Below the pieces are notes generated by a model that was not told the origin of the DNA, did not search any database, and worked only from the letters and a program-made list of their open reading frames with translations. Of a stretch of 64,000 bases of DNA, positions 37,521-49,911 are shown in pieces (within the stretch, counting starts at the first letter, position 1; every line of letters starts with the position of its first letter). The stretch covers positions 24,490,001 through 24,554,000 of the forward strand of contig NC_042998.1 in the NCBI RefSeq assembly GCF_006345805.1, in the 5' to 3' direction. The position numbers and the translations under genes are program-made. The DNA comes from Octopus sinensis (lineage: Eukaryota).

Positions 37521-37716
37521 TGCTTATAATTTTCTCCTTAAAAGATATTTTAATATGCTGGCCACTTGATGAAATTTTTTGAAGAATTTTATCCTATACT
37601 AGAAGTAAATTATTACCATTCACTTTGGGACTGGTGACCACTCTAAGCTGTGGTTCCTGACTGATTACACATGCATTGAGGCTTGTTACCAAATTTATAT
37701 TTAGTGCCCCCACCCC

Positions 37717-37935
37717 TGGCACCTGTGCAGGTGGCACGTAAAAAGCACCCACTACACTCGCGGAGCGGTTGGCATTAGGAAGGGCATCCAGCTGTAGAAA
37801 CACTGCCAGATCAGACTGGAGCCTGGTGCAGCCTCCTGGTGCAGCCTCCTGGCTTCCCAGACCCCGGTCAAACCGTCCAACCCATACTAGCATGGAAATC
37901 GGACGTTAAACGATGATGATGATGATGATGATGAT
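37717..37935 (+). mobile_element. SINE family C
   Basis: Same body as 33499 with a (GAT)n tail. Confidence 0.85.
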
Positions 37936-38022
37936 ATGTTTGGTGTGCTTATGCATACTCATGACTTTGCTTCTACTTTTTCCATGGGTGCTTGTAAGCA
38001 TTTCATTTATTTCTTATCGTAT

Positions 38023-38080
38023 TCTCTGCTGATGAAAGAAATATCCATTGGATTAATCCCGAAATCAATCGATACAGAGA
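38023..38080 (+). ncRNA. Type I hammerhead motif with canonical core and eroded stem II base
   Basis: Stem I TCTCTG/CAGAGA, CTGATGA (38029-38035), GAAA (38061-38064), stem III ATC-aatc-GAT then A17. Stem II pairs well only distally (ATCC/GGAT). Confidence 0.65.
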
Positions 38081-38107
38081 TAACACATTTAAAAAAAAAT
38101 TCTGTTA

Positions 38108-38526
38108 GGTGCAGGTGTGGCTGTGTGGTAAGTAGCTTGCTAAACAACCACATGGTTCCGGGTTCAGTCCCACTGCGTGACATCTTGGGCAAGTGTCTTC
38201 TGCTATAGCCCCAGGCCGACCAATGCCTTGTGAGTGGATTTGGGAGATGGAAACTGAAAGAAGCCTGTTGTATATATGTATATATATATATATGTATGTG
38301 TGTGTGTTTGTGTGTCTGTATTTGTCCCCCTAGCATTGCTTGACAACCGATGCTGGTGTGTTTACGTCCCCGTCACTTAGCGGTTCGGCAAAAGAGACTG
38401 ATAGAATAAGTACTGGGCTTACAAAGAATAAGTCCTGGGGTCGATTTGCTCAACTAAGGTGGTGCTCCAGCATGGCCGCAGTCACATGACTGAAACAAGT
38501 AAAAGAGTAAAAAGAGTAAAAGAGTT
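38108..38526 (+). mobile_element. SINE family B
   Basis: Full length. Confidence 0.9.
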
Positions 38527-39142
38527 AGCTTGCTGCCCTCAATTCAACACGATGTCTGTTTATAGTGAAATATATTGTATGTGGTGACTGACAATTCAAA
38601 AGGCTGCAAGTGTAGTTGCCACTAAAATAATGGAGGGTGCCAGTCAGCATTGCTAGAAATAACTGCCAAAACAACTCTTAGCCAGTCATTAGAAAAGTGT
38701 CCTCACGTGGCTAAGAGTTGTTTTGACTCGTATTTCTAGGAATTCTAGTGCTGACTGGCACCCTCTATCACTGTAGTGACGACTATACTTATATATATAT
38801 ATATATATATACACATATAAATATATATATAAATTCTGTAAAGTAGTTGGAGTTAGGAGGGGTATCAGGCTGTAGTAACCAAGCCAAAACAGACAATGGA
38901 GTATGATACAGCTCTCAACCTTGCCAGCTCCTGCCAAATCGTCTTACCCATGCCAGCATGAAAACAAGATGTTAAATGAAGATGATGATGTTTAGTGAAG
39001 TTTATCTTTTACAGTCTACAAACTTACGCAACTTTGGGCAATCAGAATACGAATTATAAAGGTGAAAGAGGATCTCATACCTATCATTATAAAATAATAA
39101 TTTGACATATTACCAACAAACCAGATACACTAACTCAAGTAT

Positions 39143-39450
39143 TTAAGGCAGTGAGTTGGCAGAATTTTTAGTTGGGGCATTTCATCCAACTTTACATTCC
39201 AAGTTCAAATTCCACTAAGATCGACTTTGCCTTTCACTCTTTCAGAGTTGATAAAATAAGTACCAGTTGAATACTAGGGGCAATATAATTTTATTTACCA
39301 CTCCCTTGAAATTGCTGGCCTTGTGCTGAAATTTGAAATCATTGTTAGAGAGGTATTTAAGGCAGGAAGCTGGCAGAATCATTAGTGTGTCAGGCAAATT
39401 GCTTGGCAGTGCTTCATCCAGCTCTTGACGTTCTGGGTTCAAATAACACC
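39143..39450 (+). mobile_element. Two degenerate SINE family A pieces
   Basis: Heads at about 39145 and 39360 with GTTCAAAT B-box remnants. Confidence 0.7.
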
Positions 39451-39500
39451 AAAATGTGTGTATATGTATATGTATATATATATGTGTGTGTGTGTGTGTG

Positions 39501-39535
<35 letters not shown>

Positions 39536-39680
39536 AATCTTTAGTTAAATATATTCAATAAGAACATTATATACTGAATTTATATTGAGTGCTCAATTGT
39601 ATCAAAGAATTAATACTATTAAAGTATTTATATATTTAATATGAGCAATTATATACATATATATTTTTAAATAATATATT

Positions 39681-40065
39681 ATTATTAATATTAGGAAATC
39701 ACTATCAAAACTCCTCAGAAAGATATACACGTGTGAATAATAATTGTTGTATTAAAAATATATAAATAAATATAAATCTGTATAAAAAATATATGTAAAT
39801 ATGTATAAGTATAAATATATAATGTATATGACAGTTTAAAAGTTTTGAATTAATTATTTAAATAATTAATTCAAAACTTTTAACTGTGATACTCGTATAC
39901 ATTATATATTTATACTTATACATATTTACATATATTTTTATACATATGTATATTTATTTATTTATTTATTTATCTATTTATTTAGATATTTTTAATACAA
40001 CAATTATTTTCACACATGTATATCTTTCTGAGGAGTTTTCATATTGATTTCCTAATATTAATAAT
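39681..40065. repeat. AT-rich palindrome
   Basis: Centre TATTT|AAATA near 39860. Outer arms TAGGAAATCACTATCAAAACTCCTCAGAAAG versus CTTTCTGAGGAGTTTTCATATTGATTTCCTA. Confidence 0.85.
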
Positions 40066-40089
40066 GATTATAATAATATATATATATGA

Positions 40090-40128
<39 letters not shown>

Positions 40129-40129
<1 letters not shown>

Positions 40130-42041
40130 TGTTGTGTCTTGCAAGATTCTTTATATGAGTTCGTGTGTTGAAGCATATTCTGTTGTGTCTAGGAGAGTCA
40201 TTTTCTTTTTGTGACTTATTATTCAACACACTCACTGGTAAAATTTCCACTTATTTCTTAATTTTTATTTTCTAAAATTATTTTTCATTGCGTGTTGCAA
40301 CCTTTTCAATAGTTTTGACTCTCAAAACTATTGAAAAGGTTGCAACATGCAACGAAAATTATAGAAAATAAAAATAAGAAATAAGTGGAAATTTTACTGG
40401 TGAGTGTGTTGAATAATAAGGCACAAAAAGAAAGTGACTCTCCCCAGACACAACAGAATATGCTTCAACACACGAACTCATATAAAGAATCTTGCAAACC
40501 AAAACGAAATATATATATTTATAATAGTGTATGAAAAATTTATACACGGAGAGAAGGCCACTATGTGGACTTCTTACATGATGAAAAAGGCAGTCAAAAC
40601 TCAAACCCTGAAAAGAAAGATTATTTGATCATTAATGCAGAAACTCAATGGGTATAGGCTTAACTGAGACTTTTATTCATTTAGATATCCTGCTCACTTA
40701 AAAGCAACATGCCTTAAAGAAGAATCTTTGTTTTCGTAGTCTGGGTTTTGACTGCTCTTTTCAGCATGTTAGAAGTCCACATGGTGGCCTTCTCTGTGTG
40801 TGTAAATTTTTTATACACTGTTATATAGAAATATTTATTTTTTCTGACTTTTATTACGTATGCTGACCCCTGGTAAAAGTTATTATTGTTTTAATAACTC
40901 TTACCCTGTATACACACACACACACACACATACACACGCACATATATATATATATAAACAATTGCAGCATGGAAGGTGTTTATAAGCCATTTAAGAAACA
41001 CACAAAAACTGTTCCAGCACACGATCTCAGATCAGGTCACTTGCTATGCAAGTACATCTCCGTAATATATATATATATATATATAATATATATATATATA
41101 CTGTTGTGTCTTGCAAGATTCTTTATATGAGTTCGTGTGTTGAAGCATATTCTGTTGTGTCTAGGGAGAGTCATTTTCTTTTTGTGACTTATTATTCAAC
41201 ACACTCACTGGTAAAATTTCCACTTATTTCTTAATTTTTATTTTCTAAAATTATTTTTCATTGCGTGTTGCAACCTTTTCAATAGTTTTGACTCTCAAAA
41301 CTATTGAAAAGGTTGCAACATGCAACGAAAATTATAGAAAATAAAAATAAGAAATAAGTGGAAATTTTACTGGTGAGTGTGTTGAATAATAAGGCACAAA
41401 AAGAAAGTGACTCTCCCCAGACACAACAGAATATGCTTCAACACACGAACTCATATAAAGAATCTTGCAAACCAAAACGAAATATATATATTTATAATAG
41501 TGTATGAAAAATTTATACACGGAGAGAAGGCCACTATGTGGACTTCTTACATGATGAAAAAGGCAGTCAAAACTCAAACCCTGAAAAGAAAGATTATTTG
41601 ATCATTAATGCAGAAACTCAATGGGTATAGGCTTAACTGAGACTTTTATTCATTTAGATATCCTGCTCACTTAAAAGCAACATGCCTTAAAGAAGAATCT
41701 TTGTTTTCGTAGTCTGGGTTTTGACTGCTCTTTTCAGCATGTTAGAAGTCCACATGGTGGCCTTCTCTGTGTGTGTAAATTTTTTATACACTGTTATATA
41801 GAAATATTTATTTTTTCTGACTTTTATTACGTATGCTGAACCCTGGTAAAAGTTATTATTGTTTTAATAACTCTTACCCTGTATACACACACACACACAC
41901 ATACACATGCACATATATATATATATATATGAACAATTGCAGCGTGGAAGGTGTTTATAAGCCATTTAAGAAACACACAAAAACTGTTCCAGCACACGAT
42001 CTCAGATCAGGTCACTTGCTATGCAAGTACATCTCCGTAAT
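40129..42041. repeat. Direct tandem duplication with a 972-973 bp period
   Basis: Copy 1 is 40129-41066 and copy 2 is 41101-42041, bounded by (TA)n. Identical ORFs are offset by 973. Confidence 0.95.
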
Positions 42042-42701
42042 ATATATATATATATATATATAAGAATACAAAAAGTGGGACAAGAATACAACAGGCGACG
42101 ACAAACCATCCAGACAGATGATACAAAAAGGGACAAGAGAAAACAAGGATGGGTCATTCGGAGTTTTCTTTCCTCAGTCGAGTTCCAGATCATCTTTGCA
42201 GTTTTGACTGGTTATACTCAAGACTGCTTCAATCTGGCCAGCCCCAAGGAAAATCTAAACTAAGAGCACTAGATTCCTTGGAAGAAAGCAGCAAATGTAT
42301 ACAAAAACAAGGACAGTAAAAAACGGAGAAATGGTACACAAATACAAATGCTATTCCTATTTGCATGCAGAACATGTCCCTGAGATATTTTCTATGGGTC
42401 ACCTAGTTAAGACTGCTTGGTACAGGTTCTTTACTTTAAATATTATTACTAAAACCAGTTTTCCTGACACTTCTGATAAACCATTATATAACCATTAGAG
42501 TACAAAAAACCATTCAGCTGTAAAAACAATTACTTTAACAATTCTTAAATGTCTAAATGTGCAAAATTTATTCCACTTCAAAAACAAAAGTGAATAATTT
42601 ATAAATTTTAAGAGAGAGAGAACGGCATAAACTGTTAACAATCTACCATTGTTTGTTACTGCTTAAAGTCAGTAAGTAAACCGAACAGAAATGACATGTT
42701 A

Positions 42702-43120
42702 TCTATATATATAAAGCTGAAGTTGTCTGTGCGTGTGTATGTGGCAGGTTTGGTAGCCTTCAACTAGCATTATCTCCTCCGACACGCTGCGGTGCAAGTT
42801 GACCAAAATTGAAAGTATGATAGAAGAAGGCTTGCTCTTCCTTCTGTAGAAGAACAAATTCAAATTGGACCATGTTAACACCAAAAATTATTTACATCAA
42901 AAAGGAGCTTTTTTTCTATGAAGATCTCTATTTTTTAAATGATTTTTTGACTGCTGTGTCGCCATTTTTTGGTGTATTTCAACCAGAAAAATGTTCACTT
43001 AAAGAGAATAACAAGCTACATAATGCAAACGTTTTACTTTTCAAAAATTCCAATTCTAAAGTCTGCCATTTTAAGTGCAACTAAAAAACAGACCTGAGCA
43101 ACGCTGGGCTATAGTGCTAG
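42702..43120 (+). mobile_element. Non-autonomous Helitron (family H1), intact termini
   Basis: A|TCTATATATATAAAGCTGAAG...CCTGAGCAACGCTGGG...CTAG|T. Confidence 0.85.
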
Positions 43121-43136
43121 TATTAGATAAGAGGAA

Positions 43137-43320
43137 AAGGTGGCAAGCTAGTAGAATCATTAGCATGCCAGGCAAAATTCTTAGTGATATTTCCTCCATC
43201 TTCATGTTCTAAGTTTAAATTCTGCTGAGGTCGACTTTACCTTTCATCCATTCAGGGTTGATAACATAAGTACCAGTTGAGCACTGGGGTCGATGTTATT
43301 CAGCTTACCCCTTCCCACCA
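43137..43320 (+). mobile_element. SINE family A, degenerate
   Basis: GGTGGCAAGCTAGTAGAATC head and GAGGTCGACTTTACC core. Confidence 0.75.
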
Positions 43321-43549
43321 ACCATGTGAAATATGCATATACACCAATTACCCTATCTTTGATCTTATTGCTTGCATAAACATTTGTATACAAATGGTCA
43401 TAACTTTCATTGCTAGCACTGAATTGCATACAAAATCTGTAGAGGTAAACTTAAAAGTGAGAACGTGTGTTCGTGTATGTGTGTTTGTATCTCTCTCTCT
43501 CTCTCTCTCTACATATATATACATAGACACACAGACACATATACGTGTA

Positions 43550-43606
<57 letters not shown>

Positions 43607-44306
43607 TAAATTAGTGATAAAACCACTATTAGGCAAATCAAACAGTGAAAAACATAAACCAAAACATAAAAATAAAAATAATTAAAATAATTTACAAAAT
43701 ATATAAAATATAAAATTTAAAATTTAAATTATTTAAATTTATTTAAATTTAAAATTATATATATATACACACACACATATATACCAAGTAGTGGAGATCT
43801 AAATAGTCCTGGCAAATAACTCAGGTGATTAACTCAGGTGACTCAAGTGTGTATTTGGCTAACAGAATACTCAGCAGGAATACTGATGATAGTCACTGCC
43901 TATCAAACAGTCAACAGAAGAGACAGTGCAATATTAACTACTTAAATTATGATATTAAGTACTCAGTAAATCCATCATACTTAACAACAATCACAGTACA
44001 CTTAACGTGGTGGAAAATATAATAAAAGAATATTAATAGCATTGTTATTTAAATCATGCTACTTATGTTTCTGTAGCCTGCTTATTTATTTGCTTATTAA
44101 TGTGTTACATTACATAATTATATTACCAGATCATTTTTTCCAGGCATTTTGAACAATTTATAGGTAAAATAAACTTTGAAGTGAAATTTCTGCTAGTCAT
44201 TTTTTTTACTGTCAACTGTCTAAAATGCCTGACGATATAGTCTGATTATGTAATCATGTGATGTAACACATAAAAGAACAAATAAATAACAATGCTATGG
44301 AAACAT

Positions 44307-44708
44307 ACTCTTTACTCTTTTACTTGTTTCAGTCATTTAACTGTGGCCATGCTGGAGCAACGCCTTTAGTCGAGAAAATCGACCCCGGGACTTATTCTTT
44401 GTAAGCCTAGTACTTATTCTATCAGTCTCTTTTACCAAACTGCTAAGTTACAGGGACATAAACACACCAGCATCGGTTGTCAATCGATGTTGGGTAGACA
44501 AACACAGACACACAAACATATACACACACATACATATATATATATATATACACATATATACGACGGTCTTCTTTCAGTTTCCGTCTACCAAATCCACTCA
44601 CAAGGCTTTGGTTGGCCCGAGACTATAGTAGAAGACACTTGCCCAAGGTGTCATGCAGTGGGACTGAACCCGGAACCATGTGGTTCGTAAGCAAGCTACT
44701 TACCACAC
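44307..44708 (-). mobile_element. SINE family B
   Basis: Tail, body and most of the head. Confidence 0.9.
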
Positions 44709-44779
44709 ATGTTGCATAATTTAAGCAACATCACGGTGGTTGTGAAGTAAGAAGTTTAATTCAGTAGCATTAAACTCCA

Positions 44780-45135
44780 GGTTTGGCGCCATTGCTTGGC
44801 AAGTGTTTTCTGCTATATTCTCAGGGCAACCAAAGACTTGTGAGTGGATTTGGTAAATGGAAACCGAATGAAGCCTGTCGCTGAATGTGTGTGCATACGC
44901 GCATGTATTTTGTGTCTGCGCTTGTGTCCCACCTTGTCACCACTGCTTGACAAACAGTGTTGGTCTGTTTACATCCCTGTAACTTAGTGGTTCAGTAAAA
45001 GAGACCAATAGAATACGTACCAGGGTTAAAAATAATAAGAAGAACCGGGTTTGATTCATTTGACTAAAAATTCTTCAAGGCAGTACCCCAGCATGGCCAC
45101 AGTCTAATGACTGAAACAAGGAAAAGATAAAAATA
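44780..45135 (+). mobile_element. SINE family B-related, diverged
   Basis: TTGGCAAGTGTTTTCTGC...CCCCAGCATGGCCACAG. Confidence 0.75.
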
Positions 45136-45275
45136 AATGATAACGATATATGTATGTGCATATATATATATACTGGAGTAAGCACATAAATGTGAAACAA
45201 GGTGGAGAAAATAGTACTCAAATACCAGAGGTAGAGTAATATGCTTTATCAAAAACAAAACTGTCCGACGAATGG

Positions 45276-45341
<66 letters not shown>

Positions 45342-46159
45342 GGGTATCTATATTGCTTCCATCAACCAATGTTCAGTCACTAGACATTGGTGTCAACTTA
45401 AAACCCATGGTAGAAAACTGTTGCATGAAGTGCTGCATGTGCTCTGAGACCAAACATGGAACCACATGGTTTAATAACCCAACTCCATAACCATAAAGCT
45501 ATGCCATGCAACTCTAATAACATAAATAGAATGAAAGCAAAGAATATTCTGATGAAGTAACTGAAAACTATATAATTGATGCTGATTATTGAAAACGCAT
45601 CTGACATGTTCTTATGATGATGGGTTTTCCTGTTGTCTTTACTTACACTTTCAGTCAATTCTAGAGTGTTTTGATGTTTATTGTACCCTATTTGCAATAA
45701 TGTCTTTCTTCAGAAATGCTTGTTCTATTTCTGATTCTGTGATATTTGTTGTATTTCCGTTGCCATGTTGTGTTTCTGCCTTGAATCTTTGTGGCATGAT
45801 TCTTTCATTCGTAAAGAATGTTTGTCATAGTCTATTGAAAAAGAAATGAATGAAAAATGATATTTATTGAGTATTTAATGTCAGGGTGAAAATGACTGGA
45901 TATTAGCACTATGAAGAGACAAGAAATTATACTTCAATTTGTATCAGATAATTGTGATTGATGTGATTGATTTTTTTTGAGGTCATGGAGTTATATTGGT
46001 CTGTTACATATTTTCTCCTGTGTCCTGCAGGAAAGAGTTCATAAATTTTACAGTTATTGCATTAACGTTTCTGTCATATAATGTTCTATTTTTCCCTTTA
46101 AGAATGATGCTATAAGCTATAAGAAACTTCATTTTAGACTATATCATCTGACAAACTTA

Positions 46160-46233
46160 CGTGTCATGAACTATTTTCTGAAGTTTTCGTGACAGACACA
46201 TCTCATATAAGAAACCCCATGCAAGTTGGAGCT
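46160..46233 (-). CDS. Candidate exon of an unidentified gene (KLQLAWGFLYEMCLSRKLQKIVHD)
   Basis: Acceptor TATTTTATTGACAG, donor GTAAGT, one open frame over 74 nt. No recognisable homology. Confidence 0.25.
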
Positions 46234-46491
46234 TCTGTCAATAAAATATTTAATATACGATATTACATTCGGCGAACGTTTTTGCAATATTTATTTTACA
46301 TCTTTTAGAAGCGTTGTCCTGTGTTCTAAAACAGACAAATTAGCCTTGCTTTTCCATAACCTGCTGAGCTTAAAAATAAAGTCTGCTCTCATTTCACAGA
46401 TGAATGATTTGTGAGTTTGGAAAAGTACTTTTCCTCTGTTTAAAAATAAAGCAACAATATCTCCTCCTCCTCCTCCTCCTCCTCCTCTTCC

Positions 46492-46531
<40 letters not shown>

Positions 46532-46868
46532 TTAACGTCTGCTTTCCATGCTGGCATGGGTTGACTGAGGACTGGCAAGCCAGATGGCTGCACTGGCTCC
46601 AATCTTGATTTGGCAGAGTTTCTACAGATGGATGCCGTTCCTAATGCCAACCACTCCAAGAGTGTAGTGGGTGCTTTTACATGCCACCGGCATGAGGGCC
46701 AGTCAGGCGGTACTGGCAATGACCTCGCTCAATGTTGTCTTTCATGTGCCACCAGCACAAGTGCCAGTAAGGTGATGCTGGTAATGACCATGCTTGAATG
46801 GTGCTTTTTACATGCCACCGGCATGGGAATCAGTCAGCAGCCCTGGCAATGATAATGCTTGGATGGTG
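46492..46868 (-). mobile_element. SINE family C with duplicated 5' modules
   Basis: (CAT)n, then TTTAACGTC...GTGTAGTGGGTGCTTTTAC. Confidence 0.8.
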
Positions 46869-48518
46869 CATATATATATATACATCTGTTTGTTTTGTAC
46901 ACCACCTGTCTTCGTCTTTTGTTGTTTTTTTCATAAACTCTCCCTATATATATATATATATATGTGTGTGTACACACACACACATGTGACAGGCTTTTTT
47001 AAGTTTCCATCGACCACATCCAGTCACAAGGCATTGGTAGGCTTGAGGCTATATTAGAAGACACTTGCACACGGTGCCACACAATAGGAATGAACCCAAA
47101 ACCATTTGCATGGGAAGCAAACTTCATAACTACACAGCAATACCTGTGTATGGCTGTGTGGTCTTTCTGTTTGTCTTTGTGCCTTACTCCTTGATAACTA
47201 GTGCTGGTTTGTTAACATCCCTATTATAATTTAGTAGTCTGGCAAGAAGAGATTGATGAAAGAGAGGTTTAAAATAGATATCGGAGTTGATATGATCAAC
47301 CAAACCCTTCAAGATAGTGCCCCAGGATGGCCACAGTCCAACGACTAAAACAAGTGACAATTAAAAAGAAGTGGAAACCATTACAAGTAGAATATAAACC
47401 ACGGAGACAGCCTCGATGTGTGTTTTTGATCTGCAGGAAATAGCAGAAAAATTTCTCTCAAATTGCAGGCTTTCATCTTAAAAATAGGAAATGACATTTA
47501 ATTACCAAATCCTTGAGATGGAGTTACAAGGTGGTCATAGTTGAAATCCATTTCAGTATATGTCTACCTGATCAACGTTGACCTGGGGCTAGCCTTCATC
47601 TTATATTATAATTCCATTCACATCTAGGATGCTTTATATCAATATTAAATCAACCCCATTACTTGATTGCTACTTCACTTTATTGCCCTTGCTTGGAAGC
47701 ATAAAAGGTAAGACTGATCTCAGTGGGATTTGAACTCAGAATGTAAAGAGTCATTTCTAAATGCCACCAATATTTTGGACATCTCTCTAATGATTTTACC
47801 AATTCATAGGCTAAGCAATAACAACGATGACATCATGTAGAATAAAAATCTATGCAGTAATTCACAATTAAAATTACTTTCTCTACATTGATGGTTTGTT
47901 TCTTCATGTCATTCGAAATCCAATGACGTTAGGCAGACAGTCAACAGTATAGACGTACAAATAAATAGGATGTTTTTCTCATCTATAAAGTTAGCTGTAA
48001 TTGGTGTTAGAAAAACTTTTAAGAAGCACATATAATTTCCACTCAGTCAGTGTCATTTAAGAATAAATACATGGGATAAGGGTAAACTTGAGATATCAAT
48101 TAAAATACTAACTGTTCCTATTACGCAACTTTCAGCTTCTCTATGAATAAAACTTCAAATGAAATGAAACATGTGAGAGAAACTCACTTTTAAGGTAAAC
48201 TTCATAGACTGCTTCTTACACACCTATCTTTTATTGTTTATCATTAATTATCTATCATTAATCTATCATTAACTTGTGTTCCTTCAAATTAAAACTTTAT
48301 TGCTTGCTTTATTTCCAGCCCCACCCATCCCTGCAAACACACACATAAAATCACATATACACAAACACATACTTACACAGGTATACATATACTCTTCTAT
48401 TTCTCTGTCTCTGTCTGCCTGTCTATCATTCTCACCTTTATGTAAATATGTAGAGAACTTACTGATATCCTTCTCTACTTTATTCTATTTCTTTACTTCT
48501 TTCATCAAGCAAAGTTAC

Positions 48519-48606
48519 CAGCTTTGGTATTTAGAAGAATTGAGATATTTGGCTCCAAGTTATGGAACAAGTGTTTAGCAACAGAACATTCTTCCTCTTT
48601 CACAAT
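48519..48606 (-). CDS. Candidate exon (IVKEEECSVAKHLFHNLEPNISILLNTKA)
   Basis: Acceptor TTTTACATCACTTCAG, donor GTAACT, open frame over 88 nt. No recognisable homology. Confidence 0.2.
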
Positions 48607-49358
48607 CTGAAGTGATGTAAAATTTATCTGAGCTTTTTTTCTTTTTCTTTTTCTATCTTGGCAGCTTGAAGATAAATGGCGTTAAATGTAAATTTGTTAC
48701 ATATAAGAAATTCTTTGTTTTGATTTAATTAACATATTCTTAACAGTCTGAATGTTCTAGAAACATGAATGTTTCCACTAAAATTACTTTTTTTTTTTTT
48801 CTTGAAAAAATTTTATTGTGGTCGACAATAAAATATGTTTTGAAAAAACTGCATAACATTTCTTTGTAATTTGTAAAACTTTTAAAATATTTTATTCCAT
48901 TTGAAGTTTTGTTCATAGAGAAGCCGATAGCTATGTAATAGGAATGCATAGTATTTTAATTAATATCTAGAGTTTACCCTTATCCCATATATTTATTCTT
49001 ATATGATACTGATTAAGTGTAAGGGTATGAGGTGCTTAAAAATTCTAATTCTGTATGAAATAGAATTAATGGAGTGCATTTTGAGTCTTTGAAGTCGGTC
49101 AAACTAAGCAAGATTACTTAATTCATGTTAAAGTTTATTTTAATGGATTTTGTACTTCAAAGAATTAAATCTCTTTAATAAGTATACACAGACATAAATA
49201 CACAAGTTCACATATATTGTATATACACATTGATATTACATGCATGTTCACACACATATATATATATACAGATAGTTTCACATGAATACGAATGTATACT
49301 TAAATGTAATCCTATAGTAAAAATAATTTCCAAACAGAAATGAATTTACATACAGTAT

Positions 49359-49393
<35 letters not shown>

Positions 49394-49612
49394 CATGCAT
49401 GCTGACATACGTTATACCCCATATATGGTATATCTCCACATATACTACTGCAATATATGTCTATGTATGAACATGAGCATAACAAGGCAATTACAGACAT
49501 GTACAAACAAAACAAATGTATATGCTCACATACACATGTACATATATCAGTGTGTGTGTGTGTGTGTTTATACACACATACATACATACACATATATATA
49601 TATATAATATAT

Positions 49613-49644
<32 letters not shown>

Positions 49645-49870
49645 TTAGCGTCCGCATGGGTTGGACGTTTCAACTGGGGTCTGTGAAGCCAGAAGGCTGC
49701 ACGAGGCCCAGTCTGATCTGGCAGTGTTTCTATGGCTGGATGCCCTTCCTAACGCCAACCACTCCGTGAGTGTAGTGGGTGCTTTTTACGTGCCACCCGC
49801 ACAGGAGCCAGACGGAGCTGGCAAACGGCCACGGACGGATGGTGCTTTTTACGTGCCACCGGCACGGGGG
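49613..49870 (-). mobile_element. SINE family C
   Basis: (CAT)n tail and GGATGCCCTTCC core. Confidence 0.85.
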
Positions 49871-49873
49871 CCT

Positions 49874-49904
<31 letters not shown>

Positions 49905-49911
49905 ATATATA

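Noticed and set aside
42150-42180. CTGA(A/G)GA-N11-GAAT motif family (also 16.9, 21.9 and 54.5 kb) as hammerheads
   Set aside because: GAAT replaces GAAA, and stems I and III are not consistent between copies. Kept only as a probable PLE terminus.
45548-45575. CTGATGAAGTAACTGAAA
   Set aside because: Two-bp stem II and no stem I partner, as expected by chance in AT-rich DNA.
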